Assembly: GCA_035576505.1 (NCBI GenBank) | Contig: DATLWH010000298.1 | Coordinates: 1-37,641 of the forward strand | Length of the DNA stretch: 37,641 nucleotides | Direction of reading: 5' to 3' | From: Thermoanaerobaculia bacterium | GTDB lineage: Bacteria > Acidobacteriota > Thermoanaerobaculia > Gp7-AA8 | In this document: piece after piece, positions 32,101 through 37,641 of the stretch | Position numbering within the stretch: position 1 is the stretch's first letter | Layout: the number at the start of each line of letters is the position of its first letter | Translations under genes and position numbers: made by a program | The notes under the pieces: generated by a model | Told to the model about the DNA's origin: nothing | The model's input: only the letters and a program-made list of their open reading frames with translations | The model's database searches: none

Positions 32101-33720
32101 GCTGACAGCCTCGGCGATCGTTCTTTCGACCAGTTGCTCTGGATTGCGCCGGAGAGCGCGAGCGATGAGTCGCTCACCGATCAGCAGGAAAAAGGCGTTC
32201 TGGCTGTCTTCCGCATGATCAAGGCTCTGCTCCATTTGGGGTTTGCGACCAAGAACCTTCTGTGGACGATCGTCACGAGCATGACGCAGCCCGTGACGGA
32301 GCACGAGCCGATTCAGCCCGTCCACGCCGGAGTCGCCGGTCTCATCGGCGGTCTGGCAAAAGAATATCCGCACTGGTCATTGAGGCTGTTGGACGTCGAT
32401 TCACTCGAAACAGTGACGGCTAAGGAATGCTTGTCACTGCCGTGGGACAAGGAAGGGAACGGGCTGGCTCATCGTTTGGGCAAATGGTTCCAGCAGGGAC
32501 TGGAGCCGACGGCAGCCGTGCCGCTGACCACTTCCGCGTATCGCCAAAGCGGTGTTTACGTTGTGATCGGCGGCGCGGGCGGGATCGGCGAATTGTGGAG
32601 CCGGTTCATGATTGAGACCTACCAGGCCAAATTGGTCTGGATTGGCCGCCGTCCATGTGACGCCTCCATTGAAGGGAAGGTCGATTCCTTAAGCCGGCTC
32701 GGCCATGCCCCATTGTACATTTCGACCGATGCGACGAGCCTGGAGGCATTGGCGCGGGCGCGTGACACCATTCTGAAGACGCATCCCGCGATTCACGGAG
32801 TCGTTCACTCAGCGCTGGTTCTGCATGACCGGAGCATCGCTCGCATGGACGAATCAGCATTCAGATCAAGCTTGGCGTCGAAAGTCGACATCAGCGTGAA
32901 TCTGGATCGGGTGTTCGGAAGGGACGAGCTGGATTTCATACTCTTCTTCTCGTCGATCGTCTCCTTTCTTAGGCCAGCCGGGCAATCCAGCTATTCCGCG
33001 GGCTGTATGTTCAAGGACAGCTTCGCGCACATGCTGCAGCAGCAGCGCCCTTATCCCGTAAAAGTGATGAACTGGGGGTACTGGGGCAGTGTCGGCGTCG
33101 CGGCCGATGAATCCCATCGGCAGAATATGGCGCGGTTGGGTCTCGGATCGATCGAGCCGCAGGAAGGTATGACAGCTCTTCGGGCCTTGATGAACTCCGA
33201 GCTAAGTCAGGTCGCCTTGGTCAAGATCACCAGCAGCAAAGTGAGGGCCGCCGCTGCCAACGAGACTACGCTGCGCGTCGGCGCCTCAGCGGAGCTCGCC
33301 GGGCAAACGATCGCCGGCCACATCCGATGGACAATCATCGAGACGTTGTGCGAGGAGCTTAGAATCGACGGCGCTATGATCCGCAATGATGCGCCAATGT
33401 CAGACTACGGCGTCGATTCCATCGCCGGTGTCAACCTCGTTCGTGGGATTAATGAGGCGCTGCAGATTCAACTCGAGCCATCCAGCCTGTTCGATTACAG
33501 AACTATCAATCAGTTAACCGAGCACATACTCGAGAACTGGCAGCAGCAGATTGCATCGCAAGTGGCGCACGATGTGCCCATCGGTACTGGTTCCGCTGGC
33601 AGAACGGCGCCAGCGAGTGCCGGGACGTCAGTGCCAGAAGTGAGTAGTGCTCGGCTATTGGATGAGGTTCTCTGGCAGGACGCGTCAGTTGTTGACAGTT
33701 ACGAAATGCTGACGTTCTGA
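26200..33720 (+). CDS. Trans-AT polyketide synthase, 2506 aa: cMT - ACP2 - KS3 - ACP3 - KS4 - KR - ACP4.
   Basis: It is a single long ORF starting 40 nt after the previous stop. The domain motifs are listed below. Confidence 0.97.
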   Translation: MAYTIAALEAELPSTEMNDLTAEILAASLKSVGLFSDGVHVITDLTLDKQPAEYYERWLSSSIGYLQQQNLLADDLTFKLGVRSLAELWNEWEAKVSAWASNPNQQSQSVLLKACLEGLPAVLSGKRPATDVMFPNSSMRLVEGLYRGNPQADYFNDILGATLSVCIEQLLEADPEHRIRVLEIGAGTGGTTATLLPILRKYPVEEYCYSDLSQAFLMHGKRNFEPQFPALTTAIFDVSKPLEWQSIAANHYDFVIAANVLHATPNIRETLRNAKAMLKNQGVLLLNEIAGWTLFNHLTFGLLEGWWLYEDAAVRLPGSPGLSPAKWREILTEEGFESIILPAAEAHKFGQQIVAAVSDGWTRQRVVRHLPSQRSSAPTQADVQSLEVAATQGSHTVKGSEELRQRRSFEYTRQIVTAKLSEALRMDVAAIRDDASFADYGVDSIVGVNLVRTISEALRIELETTSLFEYSTVEQLSQHILENWHDQITAQVAQPQGTSEAPARVAEDASPAEAETRSEHRFTGNTRLSNVRHGFDVEDENELDTFAPAPIAIIGMSGRFAESESLDAFWKHLAQGDDLVKPVSRWSPADCVTSGSPGQAYCSQGSFIDSIDQFDPDFFGISPRDATYMDPQQRLFLEESWRALEDAGYAGKSVGENRCGVYVGCGSSHYDNLTGKEPPPEAFWGNSQAVTPARIAYSLNLHGPAMAIDTACSSSLVAIHLACQGLWAGETEMALAGGVFLQPTPGFYQVANRAGMLSPDGKCYSFDARANGFVPGEGVGVVVLKRLRDALADGDHIHGVIAGSGINQDGKSNGLIAPNGRAQERLERAVYDRFKINPETIQVVEAHGTGTSLGDSIEYGAITRAFCQYTNQKQFCALGTVKTNIGHASTAAGIAGVLKLLLSLKHRQIPPTLHFAKSNSAIDLESGPFYVNTQLQQWAVEGDEIRRAAISSFGFSGTNAHLVIEEAPWIERAALEAPASMVVLSARTSEQLRRHVTNLLTHLERTPGLSMTDVSFSLFVGRMHLTHRLVCIARDQDELTRLLRQWVETGSASQVYAAEILEARVREQVSLKKFGNYCIQECKVAKDAAGYQENLAAVAELYIQGYSLDFPALFSGDAKRIPLPTYPFARERYWVDPVGVGSKPAIVATRALRPELRINMPSIGEQRHGTTFTGSGGDLRASVQEELSNIATELLHIPAGDISPDRILIDLGFDSIGLTNFAKAINDRFQLDITPVLFFDYPAIGDIAKYLAVEWESDIRRAHRESAPATQVVAEPAVSHLSAQTGRAAPSLSPELRFVNEPIAIVGIAGVMPQSEDLDALWENLRDAKDLVTEIPRDRWNWEDYYGDPLREVNKSNSKWGGFMKEVDKFDSLFFGISPKEAQMMDPQQRIFLETVWKAIEDSGQKVSDLAGTRTGLFVGVGSNDYLDLMRHQESVLDAYTASGNAHSVLANRVSYLLNLRGPSAPIDTACSSSLVALHRAVESIHARSSDMAIVGGVQVILSPGGYISFGMAGMLSSDGKCKTFDKHANGYVRGEGCGAVLLKPLVAAEADGNHIYAVIKATSENHGGRVTTMIAPNSAAQAELLIEAYDKAQIDPTTVGYIECHGTGTTLGDPIEIQALSNAFSELYKTCDRGPADRPHCGVGTIKTNIGHLETAAGIAGLLKVLLAIDHKQIPANIHFEELNPYIRLEGTPFYVVDTLTAWEAVMGEDGVPLPRRAGVSSFGFGGANAHAVLEEYIPQPRESAASVNEPQLIALSAKNDLGIRAYVQSLRTYLDKHEVELADLAYTLQVGRDEMPERVAFVVSGTEELKRQLDHFLKGDGQTEGRCRATATNSGVEEAAVQAAIERKNLVELAELWVCGAKIDWRLLYKAGVPRRISAPTYPFARERHWIRNAEAKIRRVPAQAAAREEAEVALRTFVPVWNPARVETGKRIVVQDSAKVLLVGSDLVQLDWVRKACPRAELVNADSLGDRSFDQLLWIAPESASDESLTDQQEKGVLAVFRMIKALLHLGFATKNLLWTIVTSMTQPVTEHEPIQPVHAGVAGLIGGLAKEYPHWSLRLLDVDSLETVTAKECLSLPWDKEGNGLAHRLGKWFQQGLEPTAAVPLTTSAYRQSGVYVVIGGAGGIGELWSRFMIETYQAKLVWIGRRPCDASIEGKVDSLSRLGHAPLYISTDATSLEALARARDTILKTHPAIHGVVHSALVLHDRSIARMDESAFRSSLASKVDISVNLDRVFGRDELDFILFFSSIVSFLRPAGQSSYSAGCMFKDSFAHMLQQQRPYPVKVMNWGYWGSVGVAADESHRQNMARLGLGSIEPQEGMTALRALMNSELSQVALVKITSSKVRAAAANETTLRVGASAELAGQTIAGHIRWTIIETLCEELRIDGAMIRNDAPMSDYGVDSIAGVNLVRGINEALQIQLEPSSLFDYRTINQLTEHILENWQQQIASQVAHDVPIGTGSAGRTAPASAGTSVPEVSSARLLDEVLWQDASVVDSYEMLTF
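26500..27250 (+). other. SAM-dependent C-methyltransferase domain.
   Basis: The motifs are RVLEIGAGTGGTT, YDFVIAANVLHAT and GVLLLNE. Confidence 0.85.
27430..27650 (+). other. ACP2.
   Basis: The motif is FADYGVDSIVGVNLVRTI. Confidence 0.9.
27847..29097 (+). other. KS3, with the catalytic triad intact.
   Basis: The motifs are IAIIGMSGRFAES, DTACSSS (Cys codon 28333-28335), EAHGTGT, TNIGHASTAAG and GTNAHLVIEE. Confidence 0.95.
29735..29965 (+). other. ACP3. The module has no reductive domains.
   Basis: The motif is LIDLGFDSIGLTNFAKAI. It is near-identical in pattern to ACP1. Confidence 0.9.
30100..31413 (+). other. KS4, with the catalytic triad intact. It is a close paralog of KS2.
   Basis: The motifs are IAIVGIAGVMPQS, DTACSSS (Cys codon 30610-30612), ECHGTGT, TNIGHLETAAG and GGANAHAVLEE. 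Confidence 0.95.
31950..33200 (+). other. KR4, a close paralog of KR2.
   Basis: The motifs are GVYVVIGGAGGIG, HSALVLHD and PAGQSSYSAG. Confidence 0.85.
33310..33545 (+). other. ACP4, close in pattern to ACP2.
   Basis: The motif is MSDYGVDSIAGVNLVRGI. Confidence 0.9.
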
Positions 33721-33733
33721 CCGAGGCCAAGCG

Positions 33734-33895
33734 ATGGAAACAGTGAACGAGTTTCTCAGGACGTTGGTCAGCAAGGGCGTCAAGCTGTCGGCCGTTGCCG
33801 GCCAGCTGAACTGCTATGCCCCGAGCGGGTCGGTCACAAATGACATCAGGAAAGGCATTACCAGGCACAAGCCGGAGATCCTTGCACTATTAGAA
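33734..33895 (+). other. TubC-type N-terminal (beta-hairpin) docking domain.
   Basis: The sequence METVNEFLRTLVSKGVKLSAVAGQLNCYAPSGSVTNDIRKGITRHKPEILALLEG fits the pattern of the TubC_N docking family. Confidence 0.65.
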
Positions 33896-36800
33896 GGCCA
33901 CGCGCAAAGTCAGCCGGCGCAAACCGCCAGAAAGGCTTCGACGGAGCCTCTGGAATTTCCACTGTCCGCGGGGCAGAGAGGGCTTTATATTCTGCAGAAA
34001 CTCAACCCCGCGATGACCGCGTACAACCTGCCGCTCTGTGTCAGGATCAGTGGCGAAATCAACGTCGACCTCCTGCGCAAAGCTTGGAGTTTCGTACTGG
34101 ACCAATATCCTATTCTCACCGCACGTATCGTGGAGAACGATGGTACCTTGTGCCACCGCGTCGATGGGGGCTGCAGAACGACCATACAAGAGACGGCATT
34201 TGCATTCACTGACGAGCAGAGCATGACGTCATTTCTGCGCCAGCGGATGAAGCAGCCGTTCGACCTCGATCGCGGTCCCTTGAGCAGGATTGAGCTATTC
34301 AGGTTGAATGAACGGGAACGGGTCCTACTCATCACCATTCACCACATGATCTTCGACGGCGTTTCTGCCGTGGTGTTGCTGCGCTCACTGCTGGAGAGCT
34401 GTCAGACATTGAGTGAGGGCAGACCGGTCTCCGTATCGCCCGAACTGGGCGGCTACCAGGACTTCGTTGCCTGGGAAGAGGCGATGCTAACATCGGCGGA
34501 AGGGCGGTCGCATGCCGTCTATTGGCAGCGGCGGCTCAGTGGGGAGCTACCAAGCATCGAGCTGTTTCCCGACCTGCCGCGCCTCCCCTCGCCGAGCTTC
34601 GAGGGCGCGTCACTGATCAAGATTCTGCCGACAGATCTTTCCGGCGAGGTTCGTGATTTTGCGAAGGAACAGTCGTTTCTCCCGTCGGTGGTCTTCCTGG
34701 CAGCGTTCAACCTTCTCTTGAATCGATACACGAACCAAGACGACATTGTCATCGGCATGCCGGTGATCGTGCGGCCTGGTCAGAAGTTCGCGACGGAAAT
34801 CGGCTATTTTATCAACATGGTTCCGCTGCGCACGCAGTGCTCCGGTCAGCTAAAACTAACTGAGTTCCTGCGTGAAGTGCGCAATACGATGATGGATGCG
34901 ATTTACCACTCCAGCTATCCGTTCGAGCTCATGCTAGACAAGCTGCGGACGAGGAGCTCGACAAAGAACGCCGTCTTTCATGTGAACTTCGCATATCAGA
35001 ATTTCATTGGCGACGATAGCTTTGCGTCGTTGCCACGACAGCAGGGACTCGATATAACGAATGTCGCGGAAATCGGTCCGGAAGGTTATTCCGATCTCGG
35101 GTTGGAGATATTCGAGAACGAGGCGGTGTTCAGCCTGCACGTCAGGTACAACCCGGACGTATACGCTCGCCCGGCAATCGAGCGTTTCTGCCAGCACTAC
35201 GCGACCCTGTTGAAGAGCATCAGCGGCGATGGAAACCTTCTCTTGCATGAGTACTCCATTGTGCCAGAACAGGAGAAGCGGAAACTCCTGATGGAGTTCA
35301 ACGATACTGCCGCGGACTATCCCAAGGACAAATGCATTCACGACTTGTTTGCCGACCAGGTCATGCTCGACCCCGGCCGGACCGCTGCCTCATTCGCCGG
35401 CCAGACGTTGAGTTATCAGGAACTCCATCGCAAAACCTCCAGCCTCGCCTTCTATCTGCAGTCGCTCGGAGTAAGGCCGGAAAGCGTAGTCGGGCTGTGC
35501 CTGGAAAGATCTCTTGAGATGATGATAGGGATCGTGGGCACCGTGCAGGCGGGCGGAGCTTATCTGCCGCTGGATCCTGATTACCCCGATGACAGATTGA
35601 CGTATATGCTGCAGGACAGTAGTGCCACGATCGTTCTCACTCAGGAGAAATTCAGTGATCGTCTGAGGTCGCTTTTGCCGGCAGGGAGGTCGGTGGTCTG
35701 TCTGGACACCGAATGGGCGGCGATCAGCAGGTGTGCCTTTGATTTAGAGGTCCTGGGCGTGGAATTGCGCCGTGAGGTGACACCTCGCAACGTCTGTTAC
35801 GTGATCTACACCTCCGGTTCTACGGGGAAGCCGAAGGGCGCGGTGATCGAACATCTGGCGCTGGTGAACAGACTTCACTGGATGCAGAAGTGCTATCGGC
35901 TCGACGGGAGCGACGTCGTGTTGCAGAAGACGCCATATAGTTTCGATGTGTCGGTATGGGAGTTCTTCTGGCCATTGACGACTGGTGCCGCGGTGGTCTT
36001 TGCCGGCCCCGATGGGCATAAGGATGTTCGCTACCTGGAAAATCTGATCGACGAGGCAGCAGTGACGACACTGCATTTCGTGCCGTCAATGTTGCGATCC
36101 TTTCTGGACAACGCCAGCGTCAGCTGCAGTAGCGTGAGGCAGATATTTGCGAGTGGTGAGGCGTTGGACCGGCAGTCTGTCGATCGTTACAAAACGAGAT
36201 TTCCGAATGCGGTGTTGCAGAACCTTTACGGTCCGACGGAGGCTGCAATCGATGTGACGTTTTTCGATTGCTCGCACTTGACGTATCCGTTCGTGCCGAT
36301 CGGTGCTCCGATCGACAACATCCAGCTCTACGTACTTGATCCGCACAACCATCCGCAGCCGATCGGGGTGGCGGGTGAGCTTCATATCGCCGGCGACGGC
36401 CTGGCCCGCGGTTATCTGAATCGCCCTGAATTGACGCAGGACAAGTTCGTTCCCAATCCATTCCGTCCGGGCGCCCGCATGTACAGGACCGGCGATCTTG
36501 CCTGTTGGATGGAAGACGGCAACATTCAGTACCTGGGCCGGATCGACACACAAGTCAAGATCCGCGGCTTTCGCGTGGAGATCGGCGAGGTCGAAGCCAC
36601 GCTCAATCAATACCCGCGGGTACAGGAGAGCGCTGTCATCGCCCGGGGTCAGGACTTTGACAAACAGCTCATCGGCTTTTATCGCGCGAACGAGACCACC
36701 ACGGATCACCTCGTGCAACTGCCGAACGAGGATCTCCGGGCGCATCTGTTGCGGACACTGCCGGAGTACATGGTGCCGGCCGCGTTCGTCACGGTGGCCG

Positions 36801-37641
36801 CGATTCCATTGAGCTCGAACGGCAAAGTTGACCGCGGTGCGCTGGCGCGGATGGACGTGACGATTGCGTCGGGCCAGGCGTGGGTAGCGCCGCGGAACGA
36901 CACAGAAAAGCAGCTCGTGGAAATCTGGGAGCAGGTGTTGAGCTTGGCACCGAAGACAATCGGTATCCATGACAACTTCTTCGAGTTGGGCGGCCATTCG
37001 CTACGAGCGGCGCAGCTGATCGCAAAGATTCGTAGACAGCTGGATGTCGACGTACCGCTGAAGGCATTCTTTGAGGGTGGCACCGTCGCCCAATTGGCTC
37101 GATTCATCGCCGGGGCGGGCAACAGCGAGATTCCGGCGATCCGGCCGATCGATCGCTCGCAGTTCGAGCGGCTGCCGCTGAGCTTTGCTCAGGATAGGCT
37201 GTGGTTCATCGACCGACTCGAGCCCGATAGTACCGGTTACAACCTTCCAGGGGCGGTGACAATCAATGGTGAACTGGATATCGATCAACTCGATCAAGCG
37301 TTCAATCTGATCATCGCGCGTCATGAGAATCTGCGCACGGTGTTCCCGAGCGAAGGCGGGCGAGCCCGTCAGCAAATTCTCGATCGCTTTGATTTCCAGC
37401 TGGAACGAGTTGACCTGAGCCACTACGCGGACGGAAGCACGCGCTCGAATGAGGCCGCACAACGATGCCGTGCCGATGCAACGAGGCCATTCGATTTAGA
37501 GAAAGGCCCGCTGCTTCGCGGTACGGTGATCAGGCTCGATGAGCATGAACACGTTCTCATGCTCAACATGCACCACATCATCAGCGACGGGTGGTCGATC
37601 GGCGTATTGATCAACGAACTGCGCGTGATCCTGGAAGCCTA
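33734..37641 (+). CDS. Non-ribosomal peptide synthetase, 3'-partial: docking domain - C - A(Ser) - PCP - C, continuing beyond the window.
   Basis: This gene is absent from the supplied ORF track because the frame has no stop before the window end. My own translation from ATG 33734 gives METVNEFLRTLVSKGVKLSAVAGQL..., and the frame stays open to nt 37641. Typical NRPS core motifs occur throughout. Confidence 0.9.
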   Translation, partial: METVNEFLRTLVSKGVKLSAVAGQLNCYAPSGSVTNDIRKGITRHKPEILALLEGHAQSQPAQTARKASTEPLEFPLSAGQRGLYILQKLNPAMTAYNLPLCVRISGEINVDLLRKAWSFVLDQYPILTARIVENDGTLCHRVDGGCRTTIQETAFAFTDEQSMTSFLRQRMKQPFDLDRGPLSRIELFRLNERERVLLITIHHMIFDGVSAVVLLRSLLESCQTLSEGRPVSVSPELGGYQDFVAWEEAMLTSAEGRSHAVYWQRRLSGELPSIELFPDLPRLPSPSFEGASLIKILPTDLSGEVRDFAKEQSFLPSVVFLAAFNLLLNRYTNQDDIVIGMPVIVRPGQKFATEIGYFINMVPLRTQCSGQLKLTEFLREVRNTMMDAIYHSSYPFELMLDKLRTRSSTKNAVFHVNFAYQNFIGDDSFASLPRQQGLDITNVAEIGPEGYSDLGLEIFENEAVFSLHVRYNPDVYARPAIERFCQHYATLLKSISGDGNLLLHEYSIVPEQEKRKLLMEFNDTAADYPKDKCIHDLFADQVMLDPGRTAASFAGQTLSYQELHRKTSSLAFYLQSLGVRPESVVGLCLERSLEMMIGIVGTVQAGGAYLPLDPDYPDDRLTYMLQDSSATIVLTQEKFSDRLRSLLPAGRSVVCLDTEWAAISRCAFDLEVLGVELRREVTPRNVCYVIYTSGSTGKPKGAVIEHLALVNRLHWMQKCYRLDGSDVVLQKTPYSFDVSVWEFFWPLTTGAAVVFAGPDGHKDVRYLENLIDEAAVTTLHFVPSMLRSFLDNASVSCSSVRQIFASGEALDRQSVDRYKTRFPNAVLQNLYGPTEAAIDVTFFDCSHLTYPFVPIGAPIDNIQLYVLDPHNHPQPIGVAGELHIAGDGLARGYLNRPELTQDKFVPNPFRPGARMYRTGDLACWMEDGNIQYLGRIDTQVKIRGFRVEIGEVEATLNQYPRVQESAVIARGQDFDKQLIGFYRANETTTDHLVQLPNEDLRAHLLRTLPEYMVPAAFVTVAAIPLSSNGKVDRGALARMDVTIASGQAWVAPRNDTEKQLVEIWEQVLSLAPKTIGIHDNFFELGGHSLRAAQLIAKIRRQLDVDVPLKAFFEGGTVAQLARFIAGAGNSEIPAIRPIDRSQFERLPLSFAQDRLWFIDRLEPDSTGYNLPGAVTINGELDIDQLDQAFNLIIARHENLRTVFPSEGGRARQQILDRFDFQLERVDLSHYADGSTRSNEAAQRCRADATRPFDLEKGPLLRGTVIRLDEHEHVLMLNMHHIISDGWSIGVLINELRVILEA
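33950..35230 (+). other. Condensation domain C1, whose donor would be the polyketidyl-ACP4.
   Basis: The motifs are FPLSAGQRGLY and IHHMIFDGVS (HHxxxDG, at 34339-34360). Confidence 0.85.
35290..36830 (+). other. Adenylation domain. The 10-residue specificity code reads DVWHFSLIDK, a Ser-type code.
   Basis: The core motifs are YVIYTSGSTGKPKG, FDVSVWEFFWPL, NLYGPTEAAID, GELHIAGDGLARGY, YRTGD, GRIDTQVKIRGFRVE and NGKVDR. Confidence 0.85.
36890..37100 (+). other. PCP (thiolation) domain.
   Basis: The motif is DNFFELGGHSLRAAQL. Confidence 0.9.
37165..37641 (+). other. Condensation domain C2, truncated by the window edge.
   Basis: The motifs are LPLSFAQDRLWF and MHHIISDGWS. Confidence 0.85.

Noticed and set aside
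1-37641. A scan for mobile elements, tRNA or rRNA genes and flanking island boundaries.
   Set aside because: I recognised no transposase, integrase or recombinase-like ORFs, no long terminal inverted repeats and no tRNA-like cloverleaf regions. The uniform strand orientation and composition argue against an insertion boundary inside the window.

Overview
The window is GC-rich and every supportable gene lies on the + strand, mostly with very short or overlapping junctions. It reads as the 5' part of a large, apparently uncharacterised hybrid trans-AT PKS / NRPS biosynthetic gene cluster, truncated at the right edge. In order: (i) a 21-bp tandem repeat at the left edge, inside a partial ORF. 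(ii) A NusG/RfaH/LoaP-type specialised antiterminator paralog. (iii) A leader of about 440 bp carrying two tandem perfect palindromes. (iv) A MacA-like adaptor, an ADOP/MacB-like duplicated FtsX permease and an ABC ATPase, interrupted by a His-box membrane protein. (v) Part of a beta-branching cassette: free ACP, Cys-to-Ser KS decarboxylase and a PksH-like ECH1, with no HMG-ACP synthase or ECH2 in view. (vi) A PksD-like AT-family putative acyl hydrolase, a metallophosphoesterase translationally coupled to an Sfp-type PPTase, and a FabD-like trans-AT. (vii) A second His-box membrane protein paralog. (viii) Two AT-less megasynthase genes of 3965 and 2506 aa. (ix) The start of an NRPS: TubC-like docking domain, C, A with a Ser code read from the sequence, PCP, then a second C running off the window. 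The most unusual element is the N-terminus of the first PKS: ACP, then an MprF-C/VlmA-type (DUF2156-like) aminoacyl-tRNA-transferase-like domain, then a tryptophanase/tyrosine-phenol-lyase-like PLP domain, then KS. No conventional starter-loading enzyme is visible. I saw no rRNA, tRNA, CRISPR array or mobile element. The ADOP-like permease hints at an Acidobacteriota host, which is inference only. All domain boundaries are approximate and were set by eye from motif positions.
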